The position numbers and the translations under genes were made by a program. Shown here piece after piece: positions 1 through 8,610 of a stretch of DNA of 64,000 nt. Source of the stretch: Bacillota bacterium (GTDB lineage: Bacteria; Bacillota; Negativicutes; Sporomusales; CTSoil-080); contig JAGGAD010000021.1 in the NCBI GenBank assembly GCA_017889625.1, positions 798 to 64,797 on the forward strand. The letters run 5' to 3'. The notes beneath the pieces are model-generated. The model was not told the origin of the DNA and did not search any database. It saw only the letters and a program-made list of their open reading frames with translations. Each line of letters opens with the position of its first letter. The first letter of the stretch is position 1.

Positions 1-299
1 GTTATATTTTCCTTCCCAGCCAACCATTATTTTTTTATCTTTTATGTTGCTCCCAGGGAATTTATTGGATAGAGTTAAGCTTTTACTTGCGGGGACGTTG
101 ATAACAGCCACTTATCAACACTCCTTGTGTGACCATCTCCCCTTAGTATATGTTTTAGTCGCTAAAATGGTTTTAGTTCCCGGTGATTTTTTATTTGAAC
201 AGATGATATTCTACTTACGTTATCTTCGCTCTGTCTATACCTCTACTCAGAATATGTAAAGAGCTTGGTGGTTTAAACCAAACCCTCAATGTAAATTAT

Positions 300-572
300 T
301 TATGAAGTAAAACCAATACCTACATACACATTAGATACCGAATAACTTTCGCTACCAATACCCAACGACATTGTTGTCGAAGCGCCTGCCGCTAAGCCAC
401 CAATTGTATCTGTGAGAAAATAATCAGTCGTTGTTCCATCATAAAAAGCAGTAGCAACAAAAGTACCTGCAATAGCTGTGGTAGCACTACTATTACTAAG
501 CGTTATCCTTACTATACTGCCACCATCACTAGTATAATCTAAACTAAGGCCATAATCACTTACACCAGCCAT
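300..572 (-). CDS. Hypothetical 90-aa Ser/Thr/Gly-rich protein (element cargo)
   Basis: ORF with a strong upstream SD (AGGAGGAAAAATA-ATG on the minus strand). No recognisable family. Confidence 0.5.
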   Translation of the reverse strand: MAGVSDYGLSLDYTSDGGSIVRITLSNSSATTAIAGTFVATAFYDGTTTDYFLTDTIGGLAAGASTTMSLGIGSESYSVSNVYVGIGFTS

Positions 573-748
573 TATTTTTCCTCCTAAGATTTTTTTTTAT
601 TGTATTTATATTACATAATATTTAAGAACATCTAGAAATGTTACTAGGAATATCTTTTTGACTGCGCTAATCGAAAATCATTATTTTATACATAGTTTTT
701 CATAAATAAATCAAAAAGCCAACGGACTATTACATCCATTGACCTTTC

Positions 749-1456
749 TTATTTTTCGACTGATACTACATTAAAGCCATGCCGGATTATTTCCGGTACT
801 CGAATTTGGTTATCAAGATGCATGCAGTAAACTTTTTCTCGTACTCTCGGTTCAAAGGTTTCCATCAGCTTTTTTAATGACAGGTGGCTGTTACCGGGAT
901 AATCCAGCCCACAGGTATCTTGATATAGTCTATCGAGGCTACCAGACCACAGTTTATTTACAATTTCATCGGCAATGGCACTGGCATCTCCACTATAATA
1001 AAACATTTTTTCCTTACACTTTAGGATCAAGCCATATGCCGGTATTGTGTCAACATGCGGCACCCGGATAAATTCAATGCTGACTTCCCCCAGGTTAGCA
1101 TCAGTCCAGTTTACCTTGGCAGCACTTTCTAGGGCATACATATCACAGCTAACACCAATACAGGCTAAAAAGCTCTCCATCAATTTTTTATCAGGGAAAA
1201 AAACTTTCGGGCGTTGGTGTAAGATATAGTAGGAATAAAAAATTATCTCACCCAGGCTGCCGACATGATCAGGATGAGTATGGGTAATTACAATGTAGAA
1301 ATTGCGCAGAGTTTCAAGCAAGCGCAGTTCTTGCAACCGGGAAAATACGGTACCGCCACAGTCAATCAACAGCAGACTACTTTTCTCGGTTACGAAGGCT
1401 GCGGTATTTCCCATTCTTGTATTGAACGCACTGCCACACCCAATAAAATTAAGCAT
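749..1456 (-). CDS. MBL-fold metallo-hydrolase
   Basis: HTHPDH (HxHxDH) motif and overall metallo-beta-lactamase-fold pattern. AGGGGGT SD upstream. Confidence 0.75.
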   Translation of the reverse strand: MLNFIGCGSAFNTRMGNTAAFVTEKSSLLLIDCGGTVFSRLQELRLLETLRNFYIVITHTHPDHVGSLGEIIFYSYYILHQRPKVFFPDKKLMESFLACIGVSCDMYALESAAKVNWTDANLGEVSIEFIRVPHVDTIPAYGLILKCKEKMFYYSGDASAIADEIVNKLWSGSLDRLYQDTCGLDYPGNSHLSLKKLMETFEPRVREKVYCMHLDNQIRVPEIIRHGFNVVSVEK

Positions 1457-1508
1457 AGGTTTACCCCCTAGCTATTTTTCCAAGCTAATACCATTATTAG
1501 TCATTATT

Positions 1509-2450
1509 TTATCTGACCAAAAACCGGCGCGTGGGATTGCCGATTTTTAAATACTTGGCATAAATTTCCGGATGGCTGGCTTTAAGTTCTTTGCTGTCTA
1601 ACATCTCCCGCCCCTTAACATTAACCCATTCCACGACTTTGATACCGTTAATATAACCGACTTCATTGTCACCGAGAAGTTGTTTGAGATTATTTTCAGC
1701 TTGTGCTTTCCGCTGTTCGGCAGCTTCCAGGTCAACTATAGCGTTCAATCGATAATTTAGCCAAGTTTCGGCTTCGACCGGCAAAGTGATTGTTTGGCCA
1801 TTGGCCTTAGGATACAAGGTAAGCAATTCTTTGCCAGAGCCTGCTGCAACTGCTATTTGAGGCTTTGTTTTAGCAACTACCTCCTGCCAGAAGGTTTGTT
1901 CTTTTGGGATCATCTCAACGATAAAGTTGTCATCGCGAGGAATATATTTAGTAAAAAAGTGTTGCCCACCAATTAAAACAGCCACGTGGCATCCAACCCA
2001 GCCCATAACCGCGCAATCATGTTGCATCTGAACGTAGCTATTTTGGGGAATGTCGCTGCCCTGCCAATAGCGTGATTGATTTAAGGCGATATTCTTTATT
2101 TTAAGACCTTCTTGTTTACCGATTATTTCTCGATCTATATCGGCAAGCATAAAGGAGTATTCGGCATGCTGAAACAAAGCTCTACGGCGACGAATTTTAT
2201 TTTTTGTTTTTTCTACATATAAGTTGGCGATAGCACTTTCAATGATTTTGTAGATTATGACTTCTTCAGCATTAGCCGCATCGCCAAACGGAACTTGCCC
2301 GGTTTTATGCAGCCACAAATCTACCGGGCTGAGGTACGGATCTTCGCCGATGGCGCTAGCAGCGTCAGATCCGCATAGGCCGCATAATTTTTTTTGCCAC
2401 CATTCTTCGTTAGTTTTATCTCGAGCACGACACACTATCACAGGTTTCAT
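1509..2450 (-). CDS. YqaJ-like viral recombinase-type exonuclease (PD-(D/E)XK)
   Basis: N-terminal 'GLCGSDAASAIGEDPYLSPVDLWLHKTG' matches the YqaJ/lambda-exonuclease-like signature. Start moved to the ATG at 2450, which has a GGAGGTGGA SD. Confidence 0.7.
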   Translation of the reverse strand: MKPVIVCRARDKTNEEWWQKKLCGLCGSDAASAIGEDPYLSPVDLWLHKTGQVPFGDAANAEEVIIYKIIESAIANLYVEKTKNKIRRRRALFQHAEYSFMLADIDREIIGKQEGLKIKNIALNQSRYWQGSDIPQNSYVQMQHDCAVMGWVGCHVAVLIGGQHFFTKYIPRDDNFIVEMIPKEQTFWQEVVAKTKPQIAVAAGSGKELLTLYPKANGQTITLPVEAETWLNYRLNAIVDLEAAEQRKAQAENNLKQLLGDNEVGYINGIKVVEWVNVKGREMLDSKELKASHPEIYAKYLKIGNPTRRFLVR

Positions 2451-2486
2451 AATCCACCTCCATTTAGACTGCACCAACCTATAATA

Positions 2487-2678
2487 TTACTTTAAACTGA
2501 CATCTTGCTTAAAGCGTTGCTGATCTACTGGGATGGACTGCCAAATTATCCAAAAAGCTTTATGCCAGGCTTCAATAATACTGGCTTTATCAGCGTCAGA
2601 TACCGGCGGAGGATCAACAATATTAATAACTGATTTGCCATTATTAGCATAATAAGTTGCCGCGTATTTTTGCTCCAT
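2487..2678 (-). CDS. Hypothetical small protein (63 aa)
   Basis: ORF with a GAGGTGAG SD before the internal ATG (MEQKYAAT...). No family recognised. Confidence 0.4.
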   Translation of the reverse strand: MEQKYAATYYANNGKSVINIVDPPPVSDADKASIIEAWHKAFWIIWQSIPVDQQRFKQDVSLK

Positions 2679-2937
2679 AAACTCACCTCTACGACTATGT
2701 TTATGCATTTAATAATGGCGGACTACCATGCAGAATAACATTTTTGATCATTTCCTGGTTTTACTTGCCAAAAAGTTACTCATCACCCGTTCTCGTTAAT
2801 ATTAGCATGTAAAGACTTTCCCAAAGTGACAGTATAGTGGCATATTAACAAGCCGTATTGCTATATGAATAAAAAGTATCCACAATATACTGCAAACCGG
2901 TCTTCTACTCAGTATTTTACAGAAAGGGGGACATTTT

Positions 2938-4509
2938 ATGACTAACAGATCATCACCCATTGTTTTTGAACCAGCCTGTTTTTATCTGCGTAAATCCCGC
3001 GAAGATCATGAGGCGGAAACTCGCGGCGAAGGCGAAACGCTGGCCAAACACCGTAAAGCATTATTCAAATTGGCTAGCGAATACGGCGTGACTATCGCCA
3101 AGGTTTATGAGGAAATTGTCTCCGGCGAAAGTGTTATTCACCGCCCCGCGATGCTGACTCTTTTACAGGAGGTTGAGATTGGCCGGTGGCGGTCGGTGTG
3201 GTGTATGGATGTTGATCGGCTAGGCCGCGGCGGTATGCAGGATCAAGGCCTTATTATTGATACTTTTAAAACTGCCGGTACTAAGATTGTTACCCCGCGA
3301 AAGATTTATGACTTGAGTGATGAGTTTGATGAAGAATATACTGAGTTTGAAGCGTTTATGGCACGCAAAGAGCTAAAGATAATAACCCGTCGGCTTCAAA
3401 GCGGCCGACGCCGTTCCGTCGAGGACGGCAACTATATTGCAGCTAAAGCGCCTTATGGTTATGTAATCGAAAGTTTACCAACCGGACGCACGCTTGTCCC
3501 CCACCCCGAGCAAGCCACCGTGGTTCAGTTGATTTTCGAGCTGTATACTAATGATCAGCCTGAGCTTAGGCTCGGTAGCACAAAAATCGCTAATGAATTG
3601 AATCGTCTGGGGTATGCTACTTATACTGGCAAGAGCTGGGATGCTTCTACAGTGTTGTTTATCTTGAAAAATGAGGTCTATGCCGGCAGGGTACAGTGGC
3701 GCAAGCGGGAGGAACAAAAAGCTTCATCCCCAGACAAAAAAGAAGTTATCCGCACCCGCCCCCGTGAGGAATGGATTGATGTACCAGGAAAACATCCACC
3801 TTTAATATCACCAGCGCTTTTTGCTAAGGCCCAGCAAATACTAAAAGCCAAGTCACATGTTCCCTGCACTAAATCAAGGGGTATGACTAACCCACTAGCC
3901 GGTTTGATTAAATGCGGTCTTTGCGGAAATTCGATGGTTTATCGAAGCTATACCCGACAAAAATATTCTCATTTGGTGTGTTATAACCCTAATTGTATTA
4001 ATAAAAGCAGTCGTTTTGATTATGTCGAAACTGCGGTGTTAGAAGGGCTGCGGTCTTGGTTAGGCGCGTACCACACCAAATTTTTAGCAGCCCCCGTCCC
4101 TAATTCTTGTCTGGTAAATGTCACCACAAAAACTCTTCACCGCTTAGAAAAAGAACTAACCGCTTGTAATTTTCAAAAAGATCGCCTGCAAGATTTATTG
4201 GAGCAAGGCGTTTATGACAGTGCCACTTATTTCGCACGTTATTATAAAATAACTATGCGCATCACGGAACTCCAAATGGCTATCCGCCAGGCAAAGCTAC
4301 TTATCACTAAAGAGCAAGCGACCAATTGCAACCATGAACTTACAACCATTCCGGATGAAAAACTTATAACTGCATACGAAAAAACCGCCGACCCCAGTTT
4401 AAAAAACAACTTGCTTAAAGTTGTACTGGAATACGCGGTTTACGTTAAGAGTCCCGACCAGCGCGGACCGGAATTTGCTTTGACCTTATTCCCCAGACTA
4501 CCGCACTAA
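2938..4509 (+). CDS. Large serine recombinase (SpoIVCA/CisA-like)
   Basis: N-terminal resolvase domain with 'YLRKSRED' catalytic-Ser motif, a recombinase domain, a Cys-rich zinc ribbon (CGLCGNS...CYNPNC) and a coiled-coil tail. GGGGGA SD. Convergent with, and 36 nt from, the truncated sigK segment. Confidence 0.85.
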   Translation: MTNRSSPIVFEPACFYLRKSREDHEAETRGEGETLAKHRKALFKLASEYGVTIAKVYEEIVSGESVIHRPAMLTLLQEVEIGRWRSVWCMDVDRLGRGGMQDQGLIIDTFKTAGTKIVTPRKIYDLSDEFDEEYTEFEAFMARKELKIITRRLQSGRRRSVEDGNYIAAKAPYGYVIESLPTGRTLVPHPEQATVVQLIFELYTNDQPELRLGSTKIANELNRLGYATYTGKSWDASTVLFILKNEVYAGRVQWRKREEQKASSPDKKEVIRTRPREEWIDVPGKHPPLISPALFAKAQQILKAKSHVPCTKSRGMTNPLAGLIKCGLCGNSMVYRSYTRQKYSHLVCYNPNCINKSSRFDYVETAVLEGLRSWLGAYHTKFLAAPVPNSCLVNVTTKTLHRLEKELTACNFQKDRLQDLLEQGVYDSATYFARYYKITMRITELQMAIRQAKLLITKEQATNCNHELTTIPDEKLITAYEKTADPSLKNNLLKVVLEYAVYVKSPDQRGPEFALTLFPRLPH

Positions 4510-4544
4510 CTTGGATTCACATTTTTAGTTTACTGTAAATACAG

Positions 4545-4991
4545 TTAATGATAGAGTGGCATCTCATTTCCTTCTTTATCAACACCGATCGGATCATACA
4601 GACTAACTTCTGCTCTAGTTCGTCGCGTGCTTCTAAAATGCATAAGTATTTCATTTTCAATACACCTGGCTGCATATGTGGCTAGCCGCGTTTTTTTCCC
4701 GGAATCAAAGGTATTTATTGCTTTGATTAGGCCAATAGTTCCGATAGATATTAAATCATCTACTTCTTCGCCGGTATTGTCAAATTTTTTGACAATATGG
4801 GCGACTAAACGAAGATTGCGTTCAATCAGTACATTTTTAGCTGTTTCTTCCCCCTCTTTCAGCTGATTTAAATAAATACGTTCTTCTTTTTCTGACAGTG
4901 GTAATGGAAAGGTGTTGTTCGTTAAGTAGGCGACAAATAAAGAAAGTCCCGTGACAACTGATGTAGCCAGGGCCATAAAAACAGATACCAA
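4545..4991 (-). CDS. sigK: sigK 5' segment (spoIVCB-like): pro-sequence plus sigma regions 1.2-2.4, interrupted
   Basis: '[13 protein letters not shown]...[41 protein letters not shown]...[11 protein letters not shown]' is near-identical in pattern to B. subtilis pro-sigma-K. After GNE the frame reads MPLYH-stop. TTG start with a GGGGGGTGA SD. Confidence 0.85.
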   Translation of the reverse strand: MVSVFMALATSVVTGLSLFVAYLTNNTFPLPLSEKEERIYLNQLKEGEETAKNVLIERNLRLVAHIVKKFDNTGEEVDDLISIGTIGLIKAINTFDSGKKTRLATYAARCIENEILMHFRSTRRTRAEVSLYDPIGVDKEGNEMPLYH

Positions 4992-5021
4992 AACCTTTCA
5001 CCCCCCGTTTGGACTGTGTTC

Positions 5022-5049
5022 TATTGTATGGGGGTGCTTTAGGTAACGT
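5022..5049 (-). promoter_or_regulatory. Candidate mother-cell (sigma-K/sigma-E type) promoter of sigK
   Basis: The minus strand reads AC-N17-CATACAATA, matching the sigma-K consensus AC-N16/17-CATAnnnTA. It also matches the sigma-E -10 CATACAnT. It lies about 31 nt upstream of the TTG start. Confidence 0.4.
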
Positions 5050-5149
5050 GCCTGTTAAAATATTCTAATATTTTTTTAGTAACAGCGTTACAGGGTACTC
5101 TGGGCAAACATGGAAAAATATTGTATAATCGCACCAGGAGAGTGATATA

Positions 5150-5239
5150 ATGACGTCTTATATAGGCGATATTGGTATTCTTTTTTCTATTGTAGTGGTA
5201 ATTATGTATCTTTTGTGGGACGATTTATTCCCGAATTAG
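5150..5239 (+). CDS. Possible 29-aa hydrophobic peptide (MTSYIGDIGILFSIVVVIMYLLWDDLFPN)
   Basis: AGGAGAG SD 7 nt before the ATG, with an extended -10 TGTATAAT at 5122-5129. The 3' end overlaps the convergent yyaC 3' end. Too short to validate from sequence alone. Confidence 0.25.
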   Translation: MTSYIGDIGILFSIVVVIMYLLWDDLFPN

Positions 5240-5822
5240 CCGAACCTCTATAGGCAGCAGCTTCACTGGCACAGACTTCCCGATATGCGGTTAGGATAGC
5301 CAGACTGATAACTTTACTAAGTTTTACTACTATGGACAGCGGGGTACTGTGCAGGTCTAGATATCCTAGTTGCCCTCCGGCGTTGACTACGCCGATAATT
5401 GCGATATCACCAACGCTAGGAAGCCGGTTACCGACTGCGATTCCAGCTTCAATCCCGCCTGTCCAGGCCTCAATATTTCCCACTTCCCCGATCTTACCCA
5501 AACAGGCATCTACGGCAACTAGGACCGGATGATCATGATTATTAAAGATCGTCCGGGCTGTATCTACTAAGTTTCCGGCATGCACCGGACTATCCAGGCA
5601 CCCATAGATGTTTTTTACGCCTTGTTCTGCAAGATAGCTGCCTACTAACGGTCCAAGAGCATCACCGGTATAGCGATCGGAACCAATACACAAAAATACC
5701 AAGGGTCGACTATTTATACCTTTTTCTTGGTCCATTAGCCGCAACAAGTGCTCAGTGAGTTTTGGAGCAGCACTATCTTCGCCTAGTTTGACAACTATTT
5801 TATTGACAACTTTTTTTCCCAT
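5202..5822 (-). CDS. yyaC: Spore protease YyaC (GPR-like peptidase family)
   Basis: 'RPLVFLCIGSDRYTGDALGPLVG...VAVDACLG...GDIAIIGVVN' closely parallels B. subtilis YyaC. Confidence 0.75.
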   Translation of the reverse strand: MGKKVVNKIVVKLGEDSAAPKLTEHLLRLMDQEKGINSRPLVFLCIGSDRYTGDALGPLVGSYLAEQGVKNIYGCLDSPVHAGNLVDTARTIFNNHDHPVLVAVDACLGKIGEVGNIEAWTGGIEAGIAVGNRLPSVGDIAIIGVVNAGGQLGYLDLHSTPLSIVVKLSKVISLAILTAYREVCASEAAAYRGSANSGINRPTKDT

Positions 5823-5881
5823 TCTATCTCTCCTTCGGCCAGTCTCATAAAAACTATGCGGCCAAGTGCCGAATGTTTCAT

Positions 5882-5929
5882 AAAAAAAGAGGCCGTCTAA
5901 AAAGCAGTGCTACTTTTTAGGCGGTCTCT
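5882..5929 (-). terminator. Intrinsic terminator downstream of the DEAD-box helicase gene
   Basis: 17-bp stem (AGAGGCCGTCTAAAAAG / CTTTTTAGGCGGTCTCT, including two G-U pairs) followed by a U-run on the minus strand. A second perfect 11-bp hairpin lies at 5968-5993. Confidence 0.7.
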
Positions 5930-6150
5930 TCTCACTCAAAACCACCAAAGATATTTAGACAGTAAATTACATGGCTATCCGCATAGCCATGTAATCATAT
6001 TCTAATAGTCTCTTATATTTAGTTTATCACTAATTACATTAATTGTTAATTATCCATTTATATGAATTTTATTATCTTTTCTTAGCGATAATGCGGCTAC
6101 CTTAGCAAAACTGTACTACCGTCATCTAGTTATTTATAAATGTTATACTG

Positions 6151-7545
6151 CTAATACTTGCCTGCCTTGGGGCGTTCTTTAGACCTTGGAGCAAAGGACT
6201 TTTTACTTGTACTATACCCCCGCGCACGCCTAGGCGCTTCTTCAATGTGTTTCACCGGAATAGCTTCTGTTTCTTTGGTAAGCATTTTTAACGCAGCCGC
6301 AAGTAAAGAAACCGAGTCCATTTCCGCAAGAAGTTCTTCCGCTCGTCCTTTATACTGGTCATAGTTGCCTTGCTCAATTTGGCGGAGCAATTTATCTACA
6401 GCCAAACGTCGTTGCCCCTCCAACGCATCAATCATAGTTGGCGCGGACATCCGGACGATTTTCCGTTTGGTAGTACGTTCAATGTACCGCAGTTGGTTTA
6501 ATTCGCGCGGGATAACAAAAGTGAGCGCCACCCCAGTTTGTCCAGCCCGTCCAGTGCGGCCAATTCGATGAACATAACTTTCTGGGTCTTGCGGAATGTC
6601 AAAATTGTACACATGGGTCACACCACTGACATCTAAGCCACGCGCGGCGACATCTGTGGCAACTAGGATATCAACCACGCCTTCTCTAAATTGCCGTAAA
6701 ACCCCATCTCTTCTGTTTTGTGTTAGATCGCCGTGAATGCCTTCAGCAGAATATCCACGTTTTTTTAGGGCTTCAGCAAGTTCATCAACTCGACGTTTGG
6801 TTCTAGAAAAAATTATTACCGATTCGGTAGGCTGGGTATCTAATAAGCGACACAGGACATCAACCTTTTCACGATCGTGAAGTTCAATGTAATATTGCTC
6901 GACTAGAGGGATAGTCATTTCCTTAGCCTTAATCTGAATTAACGCTGGGTTATGAAGAAATTGCTGAGCCAGATTTTGAATCTGTCTGGGCATAGTGGCA
7001 GAAAATAGAAGGGTTTGTCGTTCACCAGAGACCGCGCTCAAAATTTTCTCGATATCTTCGATGAAACCCATGTTCAGCATTTCATCAGCTTCATCCAAAA
7101 TGACGGTTGTGGTGTCCCTCAACCTAATAGTTCTGCGTGCCATATGGTCCATGAGGCGTCCCGGTGTTGCTACGATTATTTGGGGGCGCTTTTTTAATGC
7201 TTTGATTTGACGTTGAATATCTTGGCCGCCATAAATCGGCAATACATGAACATCTGTAAATTGTCCGATCTTGTTTAGTTCTTCAGCAATCTGGATGCAA
7301 AGTTCACGGGTCGGCGTTAAAACAATTCCTTGAACCGCTTCTATACTATGCTGAACCTTTTCAATTAAGGGAATGCCAAACGCTGCAGTTTTCCCAGTGC
7401 CGGTCTGGGCTTGTCCAATCATATCCTGCCCATCAAGCAAAACAGGTATCCCTTGATGCTGTATTGGCGTTGGCTCTTCAAATCCCATGTCGTTTAGAGC
7501 CATTATAATTTTTGCACTAATTCCCATTGCTTTAAATTTTTCCAA
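6151..7545 (-). CDS. cshA: DEAD-box ATP-dependent RNA helicase (CshA-like)
   Basis: Q-motif (FEEPTPIQ), [15 protein letters not shown] and HRIGRTGR motifs, with a basic C-terminal tail. Start set to the TTG at 7545, which has an AAGGGAGG SD. Confidence 0.85.
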   Translation of the reverse strand: MEKFKAMGISAKIIMALNDMGFEEPTPIQHQGIPVLLDGQDMIGQAQTGTGKTAAFGIPLIEKVQHSIEAVQGIVLTPTRELCIQIAEELNKIGQFTDVHVLPIYGGQDIQRQIKALKKRPQIIVATPGRLMDHMARRTIRLRDTTTVILDEADEMLNMGFIEDIEKILSAVSGERQTLLFSATMPRQIQNLAQQFLHNPALIQIKAKEMTIPLVEQYYIELHDREKVDVLCRLLDTQPTESVIIFSRTKRRVDELAEALKKRGYSAEGIHGDLTQNRRDGVLRQFREGVVDILVATDVAARGLDVSGVTHVYNFDIPQDPESYVHRIGRTGRAGQTGVALTFVIPRELNQLRYIERTTKRKIVRMSAPTMIDALEGQRRLAVDKLLRQIEQGNYDQYKGRAEELLAEMDSVSLLAAALKMLTKETEAIPVKHIEEAPRRARGYSTSKKSFAPRSKERPKAGKY

Positions 7546-7646
7546 GCTAGTTGCCTCCCTTAAAAGTTTTGTAACAAATAGTATAGCCACTAATAATTAT
7601 TGATATGTGATTTTTCACTGGCCTGTATTTTAATAATATTTTTTGA

Positions 7647-7676
7647 CAAAAAACTCCCCTGCATTGCGCAGGGGAG
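7647..7676 (-). terminator. Intrinsic terminator of the zinc-ribbon gene
   Basis: CTCCCCTGC/GCAGGGGAG stem followed by U7 on the minus strand. Confidence 0.7.
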
Positions 7677-7694
7677 CCATCGTTCCTACTATTA

Positions 7695-7988
7695 TTATCT
7701 ATTATTATTTTTAGTGAAACAGTCTCTGCAGTAAACAGGACGATCACTGCTCGGGCGGAAAGGTACTTGGGTCTGTACACCACAAGCGGCGCAAGTCACA
7801 TCATGCATTTCGCGCTGCTGATAGCCACCGTTACGACCAGAGTTCTGCTGTTTGCGAGCTGCCCGGCATTCTGGGCAACGACCAGGCTCATTAGTAAAGC
7901 CTTTTTCAGCAAAGAAATCCTGTTCTGATGCTGTAAAAACGAACTCAGCACCACAGTCACGGCAAGTTAAGTTTTTGTCTTGATTCAT
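7695..7988 (-). CDS. Double CxxC zinc-ribbon protein
   Basis: 'CRDCGAEFVF...FFAEKGF.NEP.RCPECR' and 'CAACG...RPVYCRDCF' form two zinc-ribbon units. Start set to the internal ATG (MNQDKN) with a GGGGGA SD. Confidence 0.7.
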   Translation of the reverse strand: MNQDKNLTCRDCGAEFVFTASEQDFFAEKGFTNEPGRCPECRAARKQQNSGRNGGYQQREMHDVTCAACGVQTQVPFRPSSDRPVYCRDCFTKNNNR

Positions 7989-8113
7989 ATTTGAATCCCC
8001 CTTAATTTTTCTACCCAGTACAGTGTGGATAATCCTCATCAGAGCTTCCCTCACCAGATAGCTTAAGAAGGATGAATGAAACTTCACCGAACATGTTTAT
8101 GGGTTACTTGTGC

Positions 8114-8142
8114 AGTATACCCTTTATTTGGCATAAAGTCAA
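8114..8142 (-). promoter_or_regulatory. Sigma-A-type promoter for the zinc-ribbon gene
   Basis: The minus strand reads TTGACT-N17-TATACT, leaving a leader of about 115 nt. Confidence 0.5.
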
Positions 8143-8389
8143 GCAAGCAAATTGGCTATTTGTAAATTATTTGTAGGTCTACCATGAAATTTGTTTTTAC
8201 CTCCTGGCTGGTCCTTCCCCTTTTCAGGCGACAGCTTTATCCCCTCTGCTCATTTAAGCTCAATATTTACATAATACTTTCATATACTATACAAACACCA
8301 TAATTTCCGGTGTATAACAAAATACGGAACCACTTATAAATATTGACTCCGGCACTTTAGAACTAAAGCCCCCATAAGGAGGTGCGCCA

Positions 8390-8563
8390 ATGACTTATCG
8401 TAATGCCGTCAAAGATGACCATAGGTTTTCAATTTTTACCTGGCTGCCGTGTGATTCCTGGCGATATTTTATTATACTTGGCCTTACTCTTTTTATTTGG
8501 CTATTTTATCCTCTGGTGTTTATCATTATCTTAGTTATTTTCTTTCTTTGGTACACTGCATAA
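8390..8563 (+). CDS. Small (57-aa) membrane protein, not in the ORF track
   Basis: AAGGAGGTG SD 6 nt before the ATG. Product MTYRNAVKDDHRFSIFTWLPCDSWRYFIILGLTLFIWLFYPLVFIIILVIFFLWYTA has two hydrophobic spans. A strong terminator follows immediately. Confidence 0.5.
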   Translation: MTYRNAVKDDHRFSIFTWLPCDSWRYFIILGLTLFIWLFYPLVFIIILVIFFLWYTA

Positions 8564-8610
8564 CAGCAAAAAAGTATAGACCCCCCGCGGGAATCTATAC
8601 TTTTTTGCTG
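8564..8610. terminator. Bidirectional intrinsic terminator
   Basis: Perfect 17-bp stem CAGCAAAAAAGTATAGA / TCTATACTTTTTTGCTG between convergent genes. Confidence 0.75.

Larger units (their letters stand above)
1..4560. mobile_element. End of a skin-like intervening element inserted in sigK (partial; continues beyond window start)
   Basis: The minus-strand sigK frame loses sigma-K similarity at about 4548-4562. The next gene inward is a large serine recombinase, followed by phage-type genes (YqaJ exonuclease, MBL hydrolase). No sigK regions 3/4 occur anywhere in the window. Confidence 0.6.

Noticed and set aside
44-259. 71-aa plus-strand ORF at the window start
   Set aside because: It has no SD upstream of the ATG and an odd composition. 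All three minus-strand frames and the other plus frames are full of stops, so the region reads as non-coding spacer within the element.
4545-4991. Alternative reading of the truncated sigma gene as sigE, or as a point-mutation pseudogene
   Set aside because: The sequence follows SigK ([31 protein letters not shown]), not SigE ([21 protein letters not shown]). The break coincides with an adjacent serine recombinase, which fits an intervening element rather than random decay.
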